Source: Octopus sinensis (lineage: Eukaryota). From it: a stretch of 64,000 nucleotides of DNA. Below the pieces are notes generated by a model. The model searched no databases. It saw only the letters and a list, made by a program, of their open reading frames with translations, and was not told where the DNA came from. Of this stretch, positions 60,514 to 64,000 are shown piece by piece. Position numbers and translations under genes: made by a program. How positions within the stretch are numbered: position 1 is the first letter of the stretch; every line of letters starts with the position of its first letter. Location: contig NC_042999.1 in NCBI RefSeq assembly GCF_006345805.1, positions 130,324,001-130,388,000 of the forward strand. The letters run 5' to 3'.

Positions 60514-61386
60514 TGAAAAGAAGAAAGAAGGCAACTATATTTGGATCTTTCCTTTTTTTTCTTTCTCATTTTATTTATTTGGAATTGCGAAGCAAATGCT
60601 GGTATCTCTCTCTCTCTCACTCTCTCTCACTCACTCACTCACTTTCACGCTCATAAAGCAAAACGAGAGAAGCCATACGGTTCTTCCTCTTTTTTTTTTT
60701 CCTTTTCATTTTATGCTTTTATTTATATTTAAGATAATAATTAATATTTTGCCGGATCCAATTCTCTACTAGTTTTACATGGTCTATTGAAGTTATATCC
60801 CAAACATGGTAATGCGATGGTTTCAGCCAATTATAATACTGCTAAAACAATATAGTTTTTCAGAATCACCTGCTGATTATGATAGCTTTGTTGAGCACTG
60901 CCAAATTCAGTAGTTCCAACGTAAAGTTAGCTTGCTTACAGTATCCTACTACTACTATTATTATATGTGGCTTTTTTCTATCCTAACATTACCATAATTG
61001 CAAACGTTAGTTACTCTTACAGCTTTCTGGCTCTCGTGTTTTTCTATTTCAATATTTCTCACTCGCCTTCTCTCCTAATTTCACCTCACCTCTCTCTACT
61101 GCGGTGCTCTAAATTATAACATCTTTAACCAATACGAGCCCAGCCATCACCAACATCAACAGCAATATCAATCCGTCAACATTAAAAGTGCTGCTGTTCT
61201 TGTTGTTGTTTGTCTTATCTCTTCCGAAAGTTACCCAGATAATATCAGTGTTCCTTTTTTTTAATCCTACTCTCCCTTCTTCATTTCTTCATTTTCCTTT
61301 CTTCTCATCCAACACCTACCTCTCTCTATCTTTCTTTCCACACGCGCGCGCGCGCAACTTTTACAACCTGAAATTCAATCAAGTGT

Positions 61387-61422
<36 letters not shown>

Positions 61423-61698
61423 ATATGACACACAAACACACCTTCACACCTTATACAGAGAGAAGAGAAAAACAGGTGAGAACAGTTGTAAATATTTTCG
61501 AGCCTGTAGTGGAAAACGAAAAGCTCTTACTTCCAAGTTAAGTTATCATTGTTATTTATAACATTTTATTCTTTACTGACAGTCATACTTCTCATTAAAC
61601 ATTTTATTTTAATATTATACCTGTCACAAGTTACATTATACACATATATGTATACACACAGCACACACACACTTGCATATATATATATATATATATAA

Positions 61699-61740
<42 letters not shown>

Positions 61741-61906
61741 TATATATACAAAATGAGAAAATGGAGAAATATATCTAAATCAACCATCAGATATCTAAAT
61801 CAACCATCAACCATCAGATAATACCCAATCAATACTTTATTAAACCATTACACAATAGCAATGATATTATACATTATATATAATATATATATATAGATAT
61901 ATATAT

Positions 61907-61963
<57 letters not shown>

Positions 61964-62079
61964 CATACATACATACATACATACAACATACATACATACA
62001 GACATACACGCACAATGTATATATGTATATATTTATATATATACATATAAATAGATATATATGCATACATATACATGTG

Positions 62080-62155
<76 letters not shown>

Positions 62156-62400
62156 CGCGCGTGTGGCTCTTTAAAAATGATTTCTTAAATAGAAATAAAT
62201 AGAAGCAACTCCCATGTTATAGTAATGTTATAGCCTCAGAAATCTTGCCACAACGAAGTATTCCATAGCGAGAAACCTCTTTTTCATTGACTTCCATGTT
62301 ACTTGAAAGTCAACTATAACATGCTGGATACAGTTGTTTGGGACAGACAAGAAAAAGTATATATACCGTCATAGAAGTCAGCTTCCCATAGGTGAGAATA

Positions 62401-62664
62401 AAATAATAAATAAATGCGCCCTTTTTTTGAAGCCTAGCCAAGTTCATGGGCCAGGTTTCCCGGTTTCAATGGCGTATGTGTTCCCCAGCTGGACGGGACG
62501 CCAGTCCATCGCAGCGTTACTCATTTTTGCCAGCTGAGTGGACTGGAGCAACGTGAAATGAAGTATTTTGCTCAAGAACACAGCGCGTCGCCCGGTCCAG
62601 GAATCGAAACCACAATCTTACGATCATGATACTGACACCCTAACCACTAAGCCACGCGCCTCCA
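62401..62664 (-). mobile_element. SINE family C, full length with 15-bp TSD
   Basis: TSD CCATAGGTGAGAATA at 62386-62400 and 62665-62679; tRNA-like head gtggaggcgcgtggcttagtggttaggg on the - strand. Confidence 0.92.
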
Positions 62665-63261
62665 CCATAGGTGAGAATATCTCTTCGATAATCAAAGAGA
62701 AAAAGGTAACTACAGATAACAGCTTTCAAAGCTTCAGCACTTATAAGCCCCAGGTTATCAGTTAACGAAATCAGCCAGCTAACAACCACAATCTGTAAGT
62801 GGAACAGTAAAAATATGCAAGACTTTTCTCAAGTTCAGCTTATCAAGTTGTCTTTGTTATCTACGTTCCAATAGTGGAGCTCTGTATCTTCGTTAGGAGA
62901 ATTCCTCACTGGATAAATTCAAGCAATTAGATATAGAAAAGAACATATATAACGACATTTCGGGGCCAATAAATTCGGTACCTGTTGAGCACCGGGGTTG
63001 ATTTAATCAATTTTCCCCGTCCCCCGAAATTGCTGGCCTTGTGCTAAATTTTGAAACTAATATTTAGAGCAGCAGCATATCGCTTTTTCCTTCTTTTTAA
63101 AATTTTTTTCTAAAATACGCAATCGCAGCTTTCTTGTTCATATCATTGTATGTTGTTTTCAACATTTTTCTATGTACAATATTTTCAGCTAAAGAAGAAA
63201 CTAGATTTTATTTCATACATGCATGCAGTAAGAGGTTCCTCATATATGCGTGTGAGTGTGA

Positions 63262-63319
<58 letters not shown>

Positions 63320-64000
63320 TGTGTGTCCATCCTAGAATATTGGTTATAAATATATATATATATGCTCCCATAGCCTTACTAAGCTTTCCAAGACAGGTAA
63401 GTTCGATACAGTTGGCATTTAATTTGAACTTCTGTAGAATTCAGAAGTTATTAATGAAGGATCTTGGTTTGGCACGCTAAGGATGAATAGAATTAAGCGA
63501 TGGGTGCATCAACTGAGCTAAATTGTAAGAACTTGCTAGTTCAAGTGAGCAAAACTCGTTGTAGTAGCCGTAGAAGAAGTAGAGAGGAAAATCAGTACAT
63601 TTGTGAGTGAGTAGTTGTAGCATGTTGGTGAATACGTTTTTGCCAATCAGCTGAATGACAGAATTGAAATACAAGCTACTATTTTTTCTCCTTTATTTAA
63701 AGTTTTTTTTTTTTTTTTTTTCTGTAGGTAGCCCCTGTGAAGTCCCATGTATGTAAGTTGCATTTCAAAGTGGGTCTTGTTTGTCTTTTGTCAAGGATTT
63801 CAAATTGCTCAGAGCTGAAGTCCGTCTTGAAAATGAAGAATAATATTTAGAGTGAAGACCTGATTATACACGTGAGGTCGCTCGTCGAGAGAGATCATTA
63901 ATGATTGCTAGTCCAGCATTTGTAGTGATTTGAAGAATTTAGTTGTTTTCATGTGTGTGTGTGCGTGTGTGTGCGCGCGTGCGTTTATGTGTGTGTGTGT

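Noticed and set aside
62600-62664. tRNA-like sequences at SINE heads (also ~12945-13009, ~32100-32175, ~42024-42100)
   Set aside because: A/B-box-like motifs are present but there is no complete cloverleaf, and each continues into a SINE body.
63477-63674. 65-aa minus-strand ORF with a possible acceptor
   Set aside because: No recognisable domain and no partner exon in the window; it cannot be distinguished from UTR or intergenic sequence.
63728-63752. 25-nt candidate micro-exon (poly-T ctgtag acceptor, GTAAGT donor)
   Set aside because: The splice signals are good but it is too short to assess, with no linked exons visible at the window edge.

Overview
AT-rich, microsatellite- and retroposon-dense eukaryotic DNA. 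The SINE families and (TA)n/(CA)n/(TACA)n density suggest an octopod cephalopod; this is inference, no search was run. Host genes supported by sequence: (1) the last coding exon of a CRAL-TRIO/Sec14-like gene (+, 110-744); (2) a complete six-exon MDP1 (magnesium-dependent phosphatase 1; -, 3259-18125, 171 aa) assembled with GT-AG sites and matching phases; (3) a ~1295-aa ZFP91/ZNF653-family C2H2 protein with an AT-hook and a 40-Q tract (-, 34047-39243). A fourth, unrecognised three-exon + strand micro-gene (22030-33830, 64 aa) is proposed between MDP1 and the ZNF gene. The rest is transposon-derived: tRNA-type SINEs, hAT, pogo, mariner and Merlin-like MITEs, Helitron-like elements, RTE/CR1/L2/RLE LINE fragments and Penelope-like (GIY-YIG) elements. 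The most notable non-coding signals are four hammerhead-ribozyme motifs in two families, one with a fully intact type I fold (49918-49970), and many long fold-back (inverted duplication) structures, several of them next to TA microsatellites. No CRISPR, rRNA or bona fide tRNA gene is supported. All coordinates were counted by hand, and SINE/LINE boundaries are approximate.
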